Program-made: the position numbers and the translations under genes
Source: a virus
DNA length: 64,000 nt
Strand: one strand, 5' to 3'
Virus record (IMG/VR): IMGVR_UViG_3300023082_000009
Coordinates: 30,880-94,879 of that record
In this document: piece after piece, positions 46,233-56,229 of the stretch
How positions within the stretch are numbered: position 1 is the first letter of the stretch
How the letters are laid out: every line of letters starts with the position of its first letter
The notes under the pieces: model-generated
Told to the model about the DNA's origin: nothing
Databases searched by the model: none
The model's input: the letters and a program-made list of their open reading frames with translations, nothing else

Positions 46233-46466
46233 ATGATCGACGGAATCCTTTTCTGGCTCTCGCTGCCGGTAGCGCTCGCCCTCCTGGCGCTGTTCTTCCT
46301 GGCCCTGGGCGCGCTGCTAACATTCCCCAGCTGGCTGACCAAGAAGCGCTGCAAGCACCTGGAGTATTACGAGACTCGCTCGTGCGACGCCATCTGCGTG
46401 AAGTGCGACAAGAACCTGGGGTTTATAGCACCTGTTCGTGCCGACAAGTCGAAACGGGAGGTGTGA
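46233..46466 (+). CDS. membrane protein with C-terminal Cys motif
   Basis: TM segment, then CKH...CVKC. Confidence 0.6.
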   Translation: MIDGILFWLSLPVALALLALFFLALGALLTFPSWLTKKRCKHLEYYETRSCDAICVKCDKNLGFIAPVRADKSKREV

Positions 46467-46467
46467 C

Positions 46468-46665
46468 ATGAGCTGGGGAGCCTACGGCGACATGAAGCTC
46501 AAGGAAAAGGAGCAGCGGGAGGCTTTCCTGATCAATGCCAAGGAAGGCGACAAGGACTGGGACACGGAGTGCGAGGTCTGCGAAGGTAAGCCCACCGTGC
46601 ACCCCACCGGCCTCTGCGGACCCTGCTGCTTCGGTGAGGCTGCAACTATCAACGGCAATTGGTAG
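46468..46665 (+). CDS. small Zn-finger-like protein
   Basis: GGAGGT SD; CEVC...LCGPC. Confidence 0.6.
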   Translation: MSWGAYGDMKLKEKEQREAFLINAKEGDKDWDTECEVCEGKPTVHPTGLCGPCCFGEAATINGNW

Positions 46666-46674
46666 GAGAACACC

Positions 46675-46833
46675 ATGGCACACAGTAAAGAAGAACTCGA
46701 AGAGCTTAAAAGTCTGGCGGCCAAGGCCAGGGACGCGCACGACCCCGACTCCCTTGCCTGGACCATGCACAACGCCATCTACGAGAAGGTCTCCCGCCTC
46801 CTCGATAACCTCGCACCTACAACCCTGCACTGA
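46675..46833 (+). CDS. 52-aa hypothetical protein
   Basis: AGGAG SD; fills the gap between neighbours. Confidence 0.5.
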   Translation: MAHSKEELEELKSLAAKARDAHDPDSLAWTMHNAIYEKVSRLLDNLAPTTLH

Positions 46834-46843
46834 GGAGGTAGAC

Positions 46844-47092
46844 ATGCTCTACCGATTCCTGCGCAAGAAGATCAAGAAGCTGATCGCCCCGGCCTACCCG
46901 CACATCCGCATCCTCAAGTATGCAAAGGAGAAGGGCGGCAAGGGCACCGGTCGCTATCAGGCAGTCGGTCGTAAGCCTTTCTCCAAAAACCTGCGGTATG
47001 CGTACGGCGAGACGCTGCGCGATGCCTACCTCAACTACATGAACGAGTATTACCGGCTCACGCCGAAGGATCAGATCCATGCGCGTAAATAA
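46844..47092 (+). CDS. basic hypothetical protein
   Basis: GAGGAGG SD. Confidence 0.65.
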   Translation: MLYRFLRKKIKKLIAPAYPHIRILKYAKEKGGKGTGRYQAVGRKPFSKNLRYAYGETLRDAYLNYMNEYYRLTPKDQIHARK

Positions 47093-47203
47093 ACTGACCT
47101 GGGCGATCCGGGACATCATCAGCCGTCACTACCAGGGCGGGTCGGAGTTCTGCTCGGCCTACTGGAGCTGCTGCGGCCAACACAACCTGGAGTGGAGAAA
47201 GCC

Positions 47204-47569
47204 ATGAGCCAAGTAAGCGATTTGCAGGAAGAGGTTGCAGCCCTGGAGCAATGGCGGGCGCTGGCCTTGCAGTTTGATCACCACCGTATGCGGGCGCTCT
47301 CGATGCTCAAGACCCTGGTAGCAGATCCCAGCGTCGAGAACGCGGTGCGGGCGCAAGCCTTCCTGGCAGAGCCACCGGTACCGCACCACGAGATCGTGGC
47401 CAAGCTGGAGGAGTGCCAGAACGTGCTGCGCCTGATCCCTCGCCGCGCCACCACCCTGGACCGGGAGATCGACGCGGCGCTGCAACCAGGAACACCAGGG
47501 GTGTGGCGTACACCGATGTACATCAACATCCCGGCCTGCACCAACAAGATCGACATGGACCAGAACTAG
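47204..47569 (+). CDS. hypothetical protein
   Basis: GGAG SD. Confidence 0.6.
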   Translation: MSQVSDLQEEVAALEQWRALALQFDHHRMRALSMLKTLVADPSVENAVRAQAFLAEPPVPHHEIVAKLEECQNVLRLIPRRATTLDREIDAALQPGTPGVWRTPMYINIPACTNKIDMDQN

Positions 47570-47578
47570 GAGAAAGTC

Positions 47579-47755
47579 ATGACCCAACAAGAAGCCTTCA
47601 CCTGGATCAGCATCGGCGTGGCTGCGGTTGCCTTGCTTATGTCCGTTTGGCTGGTCCTGTTTGTGCGTCGCCTGATCGTCGAGCGCAAGCAATTGACTGC
47701 ACGGCACCGCATGTGCGATTGCAACCAGGGCCGGGAGCCGTGCCGCTGCAAGTAG
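47579..47755 (+). CDS. small membrane protein ending in CDCNQGREPCRCK
   Basis: AGGAG SD; TM segment; Cys motif. Confidence 0.55.
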   Translation: MTQQEAFTWISIGVAAVALLMSVWLVLFVRRLIVERKQLTARHRMCDCNQGREPCRCK

Positions 47756-47832
47756 TCAGTGTTCGACACAACGGAAAACGGGCGCGGTATCATGAAGCCC
47801 TCATACCGATAAACCCTTTGGAGTACCGATCA

Positions 47833-48159
47833 ATGAAACTCACCAAGAAAGCCAAGCGTGCCGTGCGCCAGCAGGTATACCGCCTGATCGCGGAAGCGCT
47901 GCGAGGCGAGCACGGGCAGGCAATCGCCAAAGCCGTGTACGACAAACTGCCGGACACCACCGAAGCCATCGTGGCGGTCAACGTGCGCGAGTACGCCGTG
48001 AGCATCGTGCAGAACGCAGCCAACGGGTATGACTCCCTGATCGGTAGCCTGGACATCGCCAATGCGATCCTGCCGGACAAAAACGGGCCGGACGGTACTA
48101 CCTACGATCACCCGGATACCCCACCAGCGCACCACCCAGATACAGGAGCAGACGCATGA
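47833..48159 (+). CDS. hypothetical protein
   Basis: GGAG SD. Confidence 0.65.
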   Translation: MKLTKKAKRAVRQQVYRLIAEALRGEHGQAIAKAVYDKLPDTTEAIVAVNVREYAVSIVQNAANGYDSLIGSLDIANAILPDKNGPDGTTYDHPDTPPAHHPDTGADA

Positions 48160-48365
48160 AACGACTGACCATGCAGGACGTGCGCCGGGCGTACGAGAAG
48201 ATCGACCGTGGCGTGTATATCAGCGGCTCCTCGAACTGGTGCGCAGTCATGGCCGATGCACTGAACGTCGAGCTGGCCAAGGAAGAACCGCCACGTACGC
48301 AAGGCAAGCTGGTCACGGAAAAGATCACCGGTTACACAGGCGACCCCGAGCCTACGTCTGTCTAG
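48156..48365 (+). CDS. hypothetical protein
   Basis: AGGAG SD. Confidence 0.6.
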   Translation: MKRLTMQDVRRAYEKIDRGVYISGSSNWCAVMADALNVELAKEEPPRTQGKLVTEKITGYTGDPEPTSV

Positions 48366-48424
48366 CCAATCAGGTACCCCAAAAATCGTGTCGCCTTCCT
48401 TGGCGTAAGAGCAGGAGCATCACC

Positions 48425-48607
48425 ATGCAAAACCCATACATGCTGTTCGTAGGTATCGCCGTATTAATGTTCTTCTGGGCGGCCTACATCAACGTGCGTC
48501 AGCTGCGCTCCTGGGGCCGTAAGCCGACGCTGTTCACCATGATCCTGCTGATCCTCGGCTCAGGCTGTCTCCTCGCAGTGCTGCATGACGCGCAGGTGAT
48601 CTCGTGA
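48425..48607 (+). CDS. small membrane protein
   Basis: AGGAG SD; 2 TM. Confidence 0.6.
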   Translation: MQNPYMLFVGIAVLMFFWAAYINVRQLRSWGRKPTLFTMILLILGSGCLLAVLHDAQVIS

Positions 48608-48813
48608 TCGAGTTCATCCTCGGCCATCCTTGGCAGTTCGGGGTGGCCCTCCTCCTGGTCGTGCTGGGCAACGTATGCTGGCGCTGCTCGGACCTGAGCA
48701 ACCGGCATTGGCAGAAGGTGCTCCTGGTTGGCCTGCTCTGCATCTGGTCGGCAGCGATCATCGTCCTGGTGACCGTCCTGCCTGAAATCCACCCCTGCTG
48801 CCACCCGGTATAG
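48604..48813 (+). CDS. small membrane protein
   Basis: GTGA overlap; 2 TM. Confidence 0.55.
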   Translation: MIEFILGHPWQFGVALLLVVLGNVCWRCSDLSNRHWQKVLLVGLLCIWSAAIIVLVTVLPEIHPCCHPV

Positions 48814-48820
48814 GTGACCC

Positions 48821-49099
48821 ATGAACCTCTTCGCCTTCCCGATCCTGGGCTGCGCCCTGATCTTCACCCTCACAGGCGTGCGCTACTTCATGCGCAGCCG
48901 CCGCGAGCCGTCCAAGCCCTTGCGCCAAGCGTCCGGCATGATCGGCGCCCTGGCCTTCCTGGCTGCGGCCCAGCTGTACGCCCTCTCGGTACCGGAGATC
49001 TACCGGGCGGTCAGGAGCATCGAGTTCAGTGTTCCTTTCCAGAAGCCCGCCCAAAAGGCACCATCCAACTATCGCTACCAGATAGAGAACGTCGCATGA
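48821..49099 (+). CDS. small membrane protein
   Basis: AGGT SD; 2 TM. Confidence 0.55.
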   Translation: MNLFAFPILGCALIFTLTGVRYFMRSRREPSKPLRQASGMIGALAFLAAAQLYALSVPEIYRAVRSIEFSVPFQKPAQKAPSNYRYQIENVA

Positions 49100-49830
49100 A
49101 CAACGATGACCGTAACGAGAAACTAGGCCAGCTGGCTGACCTCATGGTTGGCGCCTTGGATGACCGGCCTGTTTGGCCACCCTCGCGCACTGGGCGCCAG
49201 CCTTCTCAGCCAAACCAACAGGCACTGCCCGGCACCCCGGCTCATGCTATTGAGATGTCGGAGTGCAAGGGCGTGAGCCGTCATCGCGATGCGGGCGCTG
49301 GCCCTGAACCTCGGCAATTTCCGAAGGTCTTCTGCCCGCTGTGTGACCAGACGGATGGCCACGCCGAAGGGTGCGGGATCGAAGGCCTGAACACGATGAT
49401 CGACGAGCAGTTCCTGTACGGTAACGTGCGTGACAATCCTGCGGTATCTCCTGCCTCGGTCGAGGACATCAAGGCCATGGCCAAGGAGTGCCGCGTGGTT
49501 TTGGTCACCGGCGACCAACCCCTGCCAGCTGGGCTCCTGGCTGCGCTAGGCGGCCTGGAGGGCGTGCGGGTGGTCACCGGCTTGCAGATGATCAAAGAGC
49601 GCGAGGCCGTAGAGGGCTCCCTAAACTTTGACCACACCATGATGCTGGATCTGGTGCGGGAGCACGACGTGACGATAGTGGGGCACAACCGGCTGCGCGC
49701 TGCGGAGTTCTTCGGCGACATCCGCCCGAGCTGGCGTACTGCACCTGCGCTGCCCACCAACCGTAGCGAGACCGGGCGGCACGGCCCGTACGACTCATTC
49801 CACCGCAAGAAAAAGAAAGGGAGACGCTGA
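49096..49830 (+). CDS. hypothetical protein
   Basis: ATGA overlap; CPLC....H...C motif. Confidence 0.6.
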   Translation: MNNDDRNEKLGQLADLMVGALDDRPVWPPSRTGRQPSQPNQQALPGTPAHAIEMSECKGVSRHRDAGAGPEPRQFPKVFCPLCDQTDGHAEGCGIEGLNTMIDEQFLYGNVRDNPAVSPASVEDIKAMAKECRVVLVTGDQPLPAGLLAALGGLEGVRVVTGLQMIKEREAVEGSLNFDHTMMLDLVREHDVTIVGHNRLRAAEFFGDIRPSWRTAPALPTNRSETGRHGPYDSFHRKKKKGRR

Positions 49831-50030
49831 TGGACATTCTTCGCTTCACCGATACCGAGGGATTCTTCCTGGTCTCCCTCGGCACCCTGGTCGTGGCGTA
49901 CTGCCTGATCAGCGCCACGCTGTTTTACTGGGATCTGTACAAGACCTACCGACTGCCGGTAGACATCGTGTGCGCACTGATCCCTCTCATCTGCCTGGGT
50001 GGCTACACGTTCATCCTTTGGCCTCGATAG
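49830..50030 (+). CDS. small membrane protein
   Basis: GGGAG SD; 2 TM. Confidence 0.55.
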   Translation: MDILRFTDTEGFFLVSLGTLVVAYCLISATLFYWDLYKTYRLPVDIVCALIPLICLGGYTFILWPR

Positions 50031-50040
50031 GAGCAACACC

Positions 50041-50484
50041 ATGGAGTTACTCACCCAGAAGCGACGCCTCGGCCTGTTCAACGTGCGCATCGTCAGCAAC
50101 GCGACCATGGTAGACGACGATCCGTCGTACACCTGGGAGCACAAGCACGATCAAACCGCCACGTACGGCTCGAACTACAACACCCAGAAAGCCGCAGTAC
50201 GCGCCGCCTGGAACTACTTGGCTGACCATAACGTGTCGCTGTCCTTCCAGGTAGATGCTCTGGTACCTGACCGCATGATCACGAAGGCTCAGCGCCTACT
50301 CTGGCTGGGCGTGGTGCTCTGCTACCAGAAGGACGAAGACGGCGACGTGTATTGGTTTGCCCAGAATCACAGCAATGCGGACGCCATCACAGTCCTGGCC
50401 CGCCGCACCACCCTCAAGGACTGCATCCGCAACGCCTGGGCCAGCTTGGTGGCCGAGATGGAGGACAACCGTGAGCAAGCGTAA
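50041..50484 (+). CDS. hypothetical protein
   Basis: AGGAG SD. Confidence 0.65.
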   Translation: MELLTQKRRLGLFNVRIVSNATMVDDDPSYTWEHKHDQTATYGSNYNTQKAAVRAAWNYLADHNVSLSFQVDALVPDRMITKAQRLLWLGVVLCYQKDEDGDVYWFAQNHSNADAITVLARRTTLKDCIRNAWASLVAEMEDNREQA

Positions 50485-50962
50485 ACCCAAAGATCCCGTA
50501 GCGTGGCTGTACCCGCAGGCCATGCGGCACCAGGACGTGCTACAGCACAACCGCACGGACCACACATGGCTCCAGCCGGACGCCGAGCACGAGCACGACT
50601 ACATCAAGGGCCAAGCGCTGGTCCTGCAAAGTGAGTGGGAGCCCCGCGTCCTGCTGGCCAGCGAGCGCCAAGCGCGGGTGTACATCGCCGGGCCTATGAC
50701 AGGCCTCGATTACTACAACTTCCCGGCGTTCAACGCCAAGGAAGCGGAGCTGCGCGCCATTGGCTTCGAGGTAGAGAACCCCACCGCTCACGGCATCGTG
50801 GAGGGCGCTACCTGGGCGGACTACATGGCCTACGACCTGGGCCGTCTGGCGCTGTGCAACACCATCTTCATGCTGCCGGGCTGGAGCAAGTCGAAAGGCG
50901 CCACCATTGAACGCAATCTGGCTGCCGCCCTGGGCATGACAATCCTGGGCGCCGAGGAGTAA
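50471..50962 (+). CDS. DUF4406 (nucleoside deoxyribosyltransferase-like) protein
   Basis: VYIAGPMTG...NFPAF...ENP...W.DYM..DL..L..C..I.ML.GW..S.GA..E. Confidence 0.8.
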   Translation: MSKRKPKDPVAWLYPQAMRHQDVLQHNRTDHTWLQPDAEHEHDYIKGQALVLQSEWEPRVLLASERQARVYIAGPMTGLDYYNFPAFNAKEAELRAIGFEVENPTAHGIVEGATWADYMAYDLGRLALCNTIFMLPGWSKSKGATIERNLAAALGMTILGAEE

Positions 50963-50965
50963 GAC

Positions 50966-51352
50966 ATGAAAGCGATAGGCGCACTGTTTCAATCCAAGGT
51001 GGCCGAGTGGCTCCACATGTGCTTCGGCGACGTAATCGCGCTGGACAAGAAGGAGCGTTGCTACCGCTTCCTGGAGGAGGCCAACGAGCTTTGCCAGTCA
51101 ATGGGCCTCACCCGCGAAGAAGCCCATGCTCTGGTCGACTACACCTGGGACCGCCCGATAGGCGAACCACACCAGGAACTGGGCGGCGTGATGGTCACCC
51201 TGGCTGCGCTGTGTCATGCGTCGGACATGGACATGGAGGCGGGCGGGTTCGTAGAGCTGGCCAGGATCATGCAGCCAGACGTGATCGAGCGCATCCGCCA
51301 GAAGCAGAAGACCAAGCCACACCAGTCCCCGTTGCCGGGTAATGCACCGTGA
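50966..51352 (+). CDS. MazG-like NTP pyrophosphohydrolase family protein
   Basis: ERCYRFLEEANEL...QELGGVMVTL. Confidence 0.65.
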   Translation: MKAIGALFQSKVAEWLHMCFGDVIALDKKERCYRFLEEANELCQSMGLTREEAHALVDYTWDRPIGEPHQELGGVMVTLAALCHASDMDMEAGGFVELARIMQPDVIERIRQKQKTKPHQSPLPGNAP

Positions 51353-51585
51353 GCAGGCTTGTCCTGATAGACCGCCCGGAGCGCGACTGGCAGATGCAGC
51401 CAGGGGACGTGGCGGTCCTTAACAGCGGCGGTCCACCGATGGTAGTGGAGATGGTGAAGCCTGACGGACAGCGCTTCTGCACCTGGGACGGTGGCGAAGG
51501 CCTGTTCCATTCCGTGACTATCCGTCCTCCGTTTGAGATGCGCATACTTATGGAACCGGTGGAGCAGGCGCCATACCAGGGCTGA
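51349..51585 (+). CDS. DUF2158 (YodC-like) protein
   Basis: PGDVAVLNSGGPPMVV...CTW. Confidence 0.65.
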   Translation: MSRLVLIDRPERDWQMQPGDVAVLNSGGPPMVVEMVKPDGQRFCTWDGGEGLFHSVTIRPPFEMRILMEPVEQAPYQG

Positions 51586-51639
51586 TGCTAGGATCTGCCT
51601 AAACCAACACGGTGCAATTGATTGCACGGGAGATCTGAT

Positions 51640-51915
51640 ATGAAGGACACAGCGCAAACCGCCCTGCTCGTAGGCCTGCGGGCCATCTGGACGGGCGACC
51701 CGGCCAACATGCCAGAAGGGGTGGCCATAGTGGACACCTCCCTCGGCCCTCGCATCGTGTTCAGCCACGCGGCAGACGACCGCCAGCTGGCCCAGGAGCT
51801 GCGCGAGAAGTTCTCGGCGCTCCGCCAGACCAACAAGATGCTGCGCCACGTCGAAAACTACGGCACCGGCAAGCTGCCCACCGGCATCACTCGTATCAAG
51901 AAGGACGACAAGTGA
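51640..51915 (+). CDS. hypothetical protein
   Basis: GGGAG SD after a palindrome copy. Confidence 0.6.
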   Translation: MKDTAQTALLVGLRAIWTGDPANMPEGVAIVDTSLGPRIVFSHAADDRQLAQELREKFSALRQTNKMLRHVENYGTGKLPTGITRIKKDDK

Positions 51916-52190
51916 TGAACTACGTCATGGCCCTGGTGCTCACGTTCGTGACCGTCTTCCTGAAAGGGTTGCAGCACAAGAACGTGATCCACAACCTGTA
52001 CTTGAACACCTTCTTCACATCGTACCTCATGGCCTTCATGGACGTGCTGGTCATTGGTTTGATCGCTCGCTCGGGGTGGGACATCGCGTTCGCCTCCGGG
52101 ACGGGCGGAGCCCTCGGGATGGTCGCAGCCATGTACCTGCACAACCGCATGATGGATCGCAAGCCCGTGGGCGTGGCGGTGAAATCGTGA
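51912..52190 (+). CDS. 3-TM membrane protein (DUF5698-like)
   Basis: Hydrophobic; GTGGALG motif. Confidence 0.6.
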   Translation: MMNYVMALVLTFVTVFLKGLQHKNVIHNLYLNTFFTSYLMAFMDVLVIGLIARSGWDIAFASGTGGALGMVAAMYLHNRMMDRKPVGVAVKS

Positions 52191-52444
52191 GCCGGTCGCA
52201 ATGGCAGGTCTCCGTCCTGGAGCATATCCGCCACATCGGCCCTTTCACCTGCGCCGTGTTCGACCAGCGCACCCTGGAGCAGGCCCAGGCACGCAACTAC
52301 ACCAGCATGGGCGCCGACCGCGCCGAGATGTTCCAGGAGCTGGATGAGCTGGTAGACGAAGGCATCCTCTGCCGCGCTCGGGCGGCCACCGGAGTCGTCT
52401 ACCACCGCGTTGACCAGTGTCCGCTCCCCTACCCAGCCACTTAG
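52187..52444 (+). CDS. hypothetical protein, possible wHTH
   Basis: GTGA overlap; ELDELVDEGIL. Confidence 0.5.
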   Translation: MSRSQWQVSVLEHIRHIGPFTCAVFDQRTLEQAQARNYTSMGADRAEMFQELDELVDEGILCRARAATGVVYHRVDQCPLPYPAT

Positions 52445-52480
52445 GGTAAGATCGCGTCAAACCACAAAGGAGCACCCGAT

Positions 52481-52690
52481 ATGGGGTTCATGCCAGCACT
52501 ATCCGCCATCATGCTTTCGTTGCTCATCGGCGCCCTGCCGACCATCGGCCTTGGCCTTGTCATGCAGTTCAAAGGATGGATGCAGGCCATCCCCGGCGAG
52601 CACCGTATGACCGCCATGTACTGCGCCTGGGCGCTGTTCGCCATCATCATCTTCACCGCGATGAACCACCAGAACACGTTCTGGGGCTAG
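52481..52690 (+). CDS. small membrane protein
   Basis: AAGGAG SD; 2 TM. Confidence 0.6.
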   Translation: MGFMPALSAIMLSLLIGALPTIGLGLVMQFKGWMQAIPGEHRMTAMYCAWALFAIIIFTAMNHQNTFWG

Positions 52691-52699
52691 GAGGCTGTT

Positions 52700-53077
52700 A
52701 TGGATAACGTCATCAATGTCGACTTCACCGCCAAGAAGCCGAAAGTCACCTTCACCGAACCGCTGCGTGGCAAGAAGTGGTCCATTGCCGAGGCCGAGGA
52801 GATGCTCCAGGGCATCCACGAGGAAACCCGCGTGATCCTGATCGGCGACCAAGCTATCGGCCTGCTCAGGCTGGTCAAAGAGCACAAGCGCGCCCTGGAC
52901 TGGATCGACGCCGCTATTCCACGCCTGCGGGAGGCCAAGGATCTCCTGGGGCAAATAATCGGCAACCTCCCGCAGGTCCAGAGCCTTGAACCTGCGCAGC
53001 TGCAACGCACCGAGGCGAGCCTCCTGGCACGCCGCATGGCCATCGAGAGCCTTATCGAAGCAGCGGGGACACTGTGA
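52700..53077 (+). CDS. hypothetical protein
   Basis: AGGAGG SD. Confidence 0.65.
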   Translation: MDNVINVDFTAKKPKVTFTEPLRGKKWSIAEAEEMLQGIHEETRVILIGDQAIGLLRLVKEHKRALDWIDAAIPRLREAKDLLGQIIGNLPQVQSLEPAQLQRTEASLLARRMAIESLIEAAGTL

Positions 53078-53373
53078 TGGCCAAGCTCGGGAAGAAACAC
53101 TTCACCAAAGGGAAGGTCATGATCAGCGTGGTCGCGGAGGGCCTTTGCCGCCCGCTGCAACCGTTCAATCCAAAGGTCGACAAGGTTGACTTCATGGAGC
53201 TGGTCCGCAAGTGCGAAGGCGTCAGCACGAAAGCCGCTGAGTCGTTGTTCGCCGAATTGCAAAAACACTTCCTCAACAAACCGGCGCAGGCCTGGGTGGA
53301 GCTGCCTTGCTTCGTCGACCTCGCGCCTACCAAGAAACTCAAGTTCCTCAAGGAGTTAGAATCATGCAATTGA
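53074..53373 (+). CDS. hypothetical protein
   Basis: Coupled start. Confidence 0.6.
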   Translation: MMAKLGKKHFTKGKVMISVVAEGLCRPLQPFNPKVDKVDFMELVRKCEGVSTKAAESLFAELQKHFLNKPAQAWVELPCFVDLAPTKKLKFLKELESCN

Positions 53374-53738
53374 AGGTACCCGCAGGCATCGACGTGAGCC
53401 TGGGCGAGCTGGTCAACAGCATTCGCTTCACCAGCACGGATGAAGATTTGCTCTGCCTCTTCGCCAAGGACTTCGCCCAGCGCCACGGGTTGCAGAAAGT
53501 GGGCGCCATCCGCCTGACCTACTGCCCCATCACGCCGATGCCTGGAAACTTCGAGCCAGACCTCGGTGTACCTAGTGCCCACCTGATGATCCTGGTATCA
53601 CATCACGACTTGGCGTTTGCGGGAGACCGCGAGCCGCTGACCACCACGGTCTACAAGACCTTGACCTTCGTGGACGATAACCCGGAGCGTGAAGCACTGC
53701 CCCGGTACACCTACCACTTCACCGCAGCACTCGCATAA
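53364..53738 (+). CDS. hypothetical protein
   Basis: AAGGAG SD. Confidence 0.6.
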   Translation: MQLKVPAGIDVSLGELVNSIRFTSTDEDLLCLFAKDFAQRHGLQKVGAIRLTYCPITPMPGNFEPDLGVPSAHLMILVSHHDLAFAGDREPLTTTVYKTLTFVDDNPEREALPRYTYHFTAALA

Positions 53739-53748
53739 GGAGACCAAG

Positions 53749-54051
53749 ATGACTTGGTATATCTGGAAATGGTGGCGGCTGGCCCGCTCCCGCAACACGG
53801 GCGTGATCACCGACGGCGACGGGCGCTGGGTGAACATCCTCCCAGGTCTGTACCTGCTGACCGTTCGCCGGGCGGCCTGCCCTTTGGGCGAACCGACCAT
53901 GTACAAGCAGGTCTACCAAACAATGATGGCCGCGAACCACGATCACGCGATCTGCGTGGAGACGGCTATCGAGGCGGTTGAGCAGTACGGTGGTCACCGT
54001 TCGCTCAGCCAAAAGCATCTCAACGAAGTTGTAGAAGAGTGCAAACCATGA
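53749..54051 (+). CDS. hypothetical protein
   Basis: AAGGAG SD. Confidence 0.6.
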   Translation: MTWYIWKWWRLARSRNTGVITDGDGRWVNILPGLYLLTVRRAACPLGEPTMYKQVYQTMMAANHDHAICVETAIEAVEQYGGHRSLSQKHLNEVVEECKP

Positions 54052-55490
54052 TCAACCCCGAAAACCTGAACTGCGCGTACATGGAGGAGCAAGGCTTCTC
54101 CCTCGGCGTGATCCCGGCGCCGCGACCGGACCTAAAGATCCTGCGCGAGGACGAAACCTGGGTGGCCTATGACGAGGCAGGCCTGGAGATGGCCCGCAAC
54201 GACAACTACTGGCTGCTGCGCCGTCTGTACATCGAGTACGGCCAATGCCTGAACATGGACCGCCTGCCAGCATCGGGCGATGTCTGGCGCCACCATAAAG
54301 GCAACGAGTACACCATCGACAAGCTGACCAACCAGTTCAGCGACTACCTGGAGTTCCAGACCCAGGTTGTGTACTTCGGCGCCAACGGTAAGGTCTGGAG
54401 CAAAGGCCTGGGCGATTTCATCGAGAAGATGACTTTCGTGCGCCCAGCAGAGAGCGCAGCCTGCGAGCCTATCCAGGATCTGCACATCCACTCCCTGGGC
54501 ATCAAGGGTATGGTTGCGGGCGAGGTGTACCCCGGCAAGGATCTGGAAGACGCCGCCCAGGCCGACATCACCATGCACATGCACGCCAACCACGGCGGTG
54601 GCAGCGACCACTTCTGGCACGCGATGATCCACGTCAATGCCCCTACGCCTGAGAAGGCTGCCGAGCTGCGTGACATCGTGATGAAGGGCCTGCACATGGC
54701 AAGCAACCCCTTCACGGACCTGTCTTTGGCGAGCATCTCGCCGGAGGACGCAGAAGCACTCGCCAAGGCGTTCGACAGCTCGCTGCCGGGGACCATCATG
54801 GCGATGGAGCCAATCTTGCGCGACAGCCTGGAGTTCGAGGGCCTACTCTGCCAGTACCACTCCGAAGTCTGGGAAGCTGCCGAAAACGAGGACAGCCTGC
54901 TGTCCTACGACGAAGCGGGCCTCAAGACGGCCAAGAAGCTGATCGCTATGTTCCGTGGCGAAGCCGAGTACACGCACCACCTGGACCGCCCGGCTCCGCG
55001 TGATCGCAACGGCGAGCCGTTCGCCATGGACCAATGGTGGCTCCAGGAACTCGCCAAGGTGTCCCTGGGTCAGACGATCTCTGCGGACCTCGTTCGTGCC
55101 TGCGCCGTGGCCCGCAACCTCGCACGGGCGGTGCTGCCGGAGAAGGAAGGCGACCGCCTGTACTACCCGGTAACTGCGCCGATCTCTGCCGAGGGCACCA
55201 CGCTCCTGGAGAAAGGTGAGGTGGTCCTGCCTGCGTGTGACCCACGCTTCGCGGACTTCGACAAGGCACGCGAGCTGCCGCCCCTGATCGTCAAGCTGCA
55301 CGAGGGCGGCCAGCAGATCGCCCAGCAAGCGTTCGACACCCAGGAAGCGACCCACGCGGCCCTAGCGACCCGGCCAAAGCCACCCTGCACCGAGTGCAAA
55401 GGTAGCGGTGGTAGCTGGCTGGCGGGCGCACCGGCACACCCGGACAATTGGACCGAGTGTGATGTCTGCAAGGGCAAGGGGACGTTGTAA
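54048..55490 (+). CDS. mosaic protein with DUF1653-like domain and C-terminal CxxCxGxG zinc finger
   Basis: GDVWRHHKGNEY...VVY....G.VW......F...M; CTECKGSG...CDVCKGKG. Confidence 0.7.
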   Translation: MINPENLNCAYMEEQGFSLGVIPAPRPDLKILREDETWVAYDEAGLEMARNDNYWLLRRLYIEYGQCLNMDRLPASGDVWRHHKGNEYTIDKLTNQFSDYLEFQTQVVYFGANGKVWSKGLGDFIEKMTFVRPAESAACEPIQDLHIHSLGIKGMVAGEVYPGKDLEDAAQADITMHMHANHGGGSDHFWHAMIHVNAPTPEKAAELRDIVMKGLHMASNPFTDLSLASISPEDAEALAKAFDSSLPGTIMAMEPILRDSLEFEGLLCQYHSEVWEAAENEDSLLSYDEAGLKTAKKLIAMFRGEAEYTHHLDRPAPRDRNGEPFAMDQWWLQELAKVSLGQTISADLVRACAVARNLARAVLPEKEGDRLYYPVTAPISAEGTTLLEKGEVVLPACDPRFADFDKARELPPLIVKLHEGGQQIAQQAFDTQEATHAALATRPKPPCTECKGSGGSWLAGAPAHPDNWTECDVCKGKGTL

Positions 55491-55744
55491 TGGATAACGC
55501 AGGGTGGGTGTACCGGATCAAGAGTAACTACGACCAGCGGTATTGCACCGTCCGGGTCAGTCGTGGCTACACCAGCCACCTCATGGACCTCATGACCGGG
55601 CTCACACTCTGCGGCCACAAGCACGGCAAGCGAGGCAAGTGGATCTTCCTCGCTGAACCGCCCAAGGGCTACCGCACCTGCGACGAATGCTTCCCCAAGC
55701 CAACCATCAAGCGCATCAAAAGGACAAGGCCATGTCAGCAGTGA
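55490..55744 (+). CDS. small Zn-finger-like protein
   Basis: H...TLCG...CDEC. Confidence 0.55.
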   Translation: MDNAGWVYRIKSNYDQRYCTVRVSRGYTSHLMDLMTGLTLCGHKHGKRGKWIFLAEPPKGYRTCDECFPKPTIKRIKRTRPCQQ

Positions 55745-56229
55745 TAAGCCCATGCGGTCTGTACCGTTGGATACTCGGGCGCGACAACCTAGTCAGGCTG
55801 GTAAGCGCCGGGCGTAAGAAGGGCACCATCCTTTGGGTGATGCTCAACCCGTCCACCGCCGACGCCATCAAGCCAGACCCGACCTTGAACCGGGTGGTCG
55901 ACTTTAGCCGCCGCTTCGGGTACCGGGAGCTGCATATCGTAAACCTGTACGCGTACCGCACAGCCTTCCCGCACGAGCTTTGGCTGGCCGAAGATCCTGT
56001 AGGCGTGGAGAACGACCGTTGGATACACGAGGCCGCCCGTAGAGCCTCAGTCGTTGTCGTCGCTTGGGGCGGAAACGCCAAACCCGACCGTGTTGCGCGA
56101 GTGCTCGAACTCCTCCAGGTGGACAACCCTGTCGTCTACTGCCTGGGTACCAATGCAGACGGATCGCCCCGGCACCCGCTGTATCTCTCCAAAAAGACTG
56201 TTCTCGAACCTTGGGCTCTGCCAGAATGA
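55732..56229 (+). CDS. DUF1643 domain protein
   Basis: S.CG.YR..L.R, MLNPSTAD...DPT, VNLYAYR, VVAWG, G.PRHPLY. Confidence 0.85.
   Translation: MSAVISPCGLYRWILGRDNLVRLVSAGRKKGTILWVMLNPSTADAIKPDPTLNRVVDFSRRFGYRELHIVNLYAYRTAFPHELWLAEDPVGVENDRWIHEAARRASVVVVAWGGNAKPDRVARVLELLQVDNPVVYCLGTNADGSPRHPLYLSKKTVLEPWALPE

Noticed and set aside
15065-53380. Half-matches to the palindrome at ~15065, 16952, 42721, 53364
   Set aside because: Only one arm plus the core matches; not counted.
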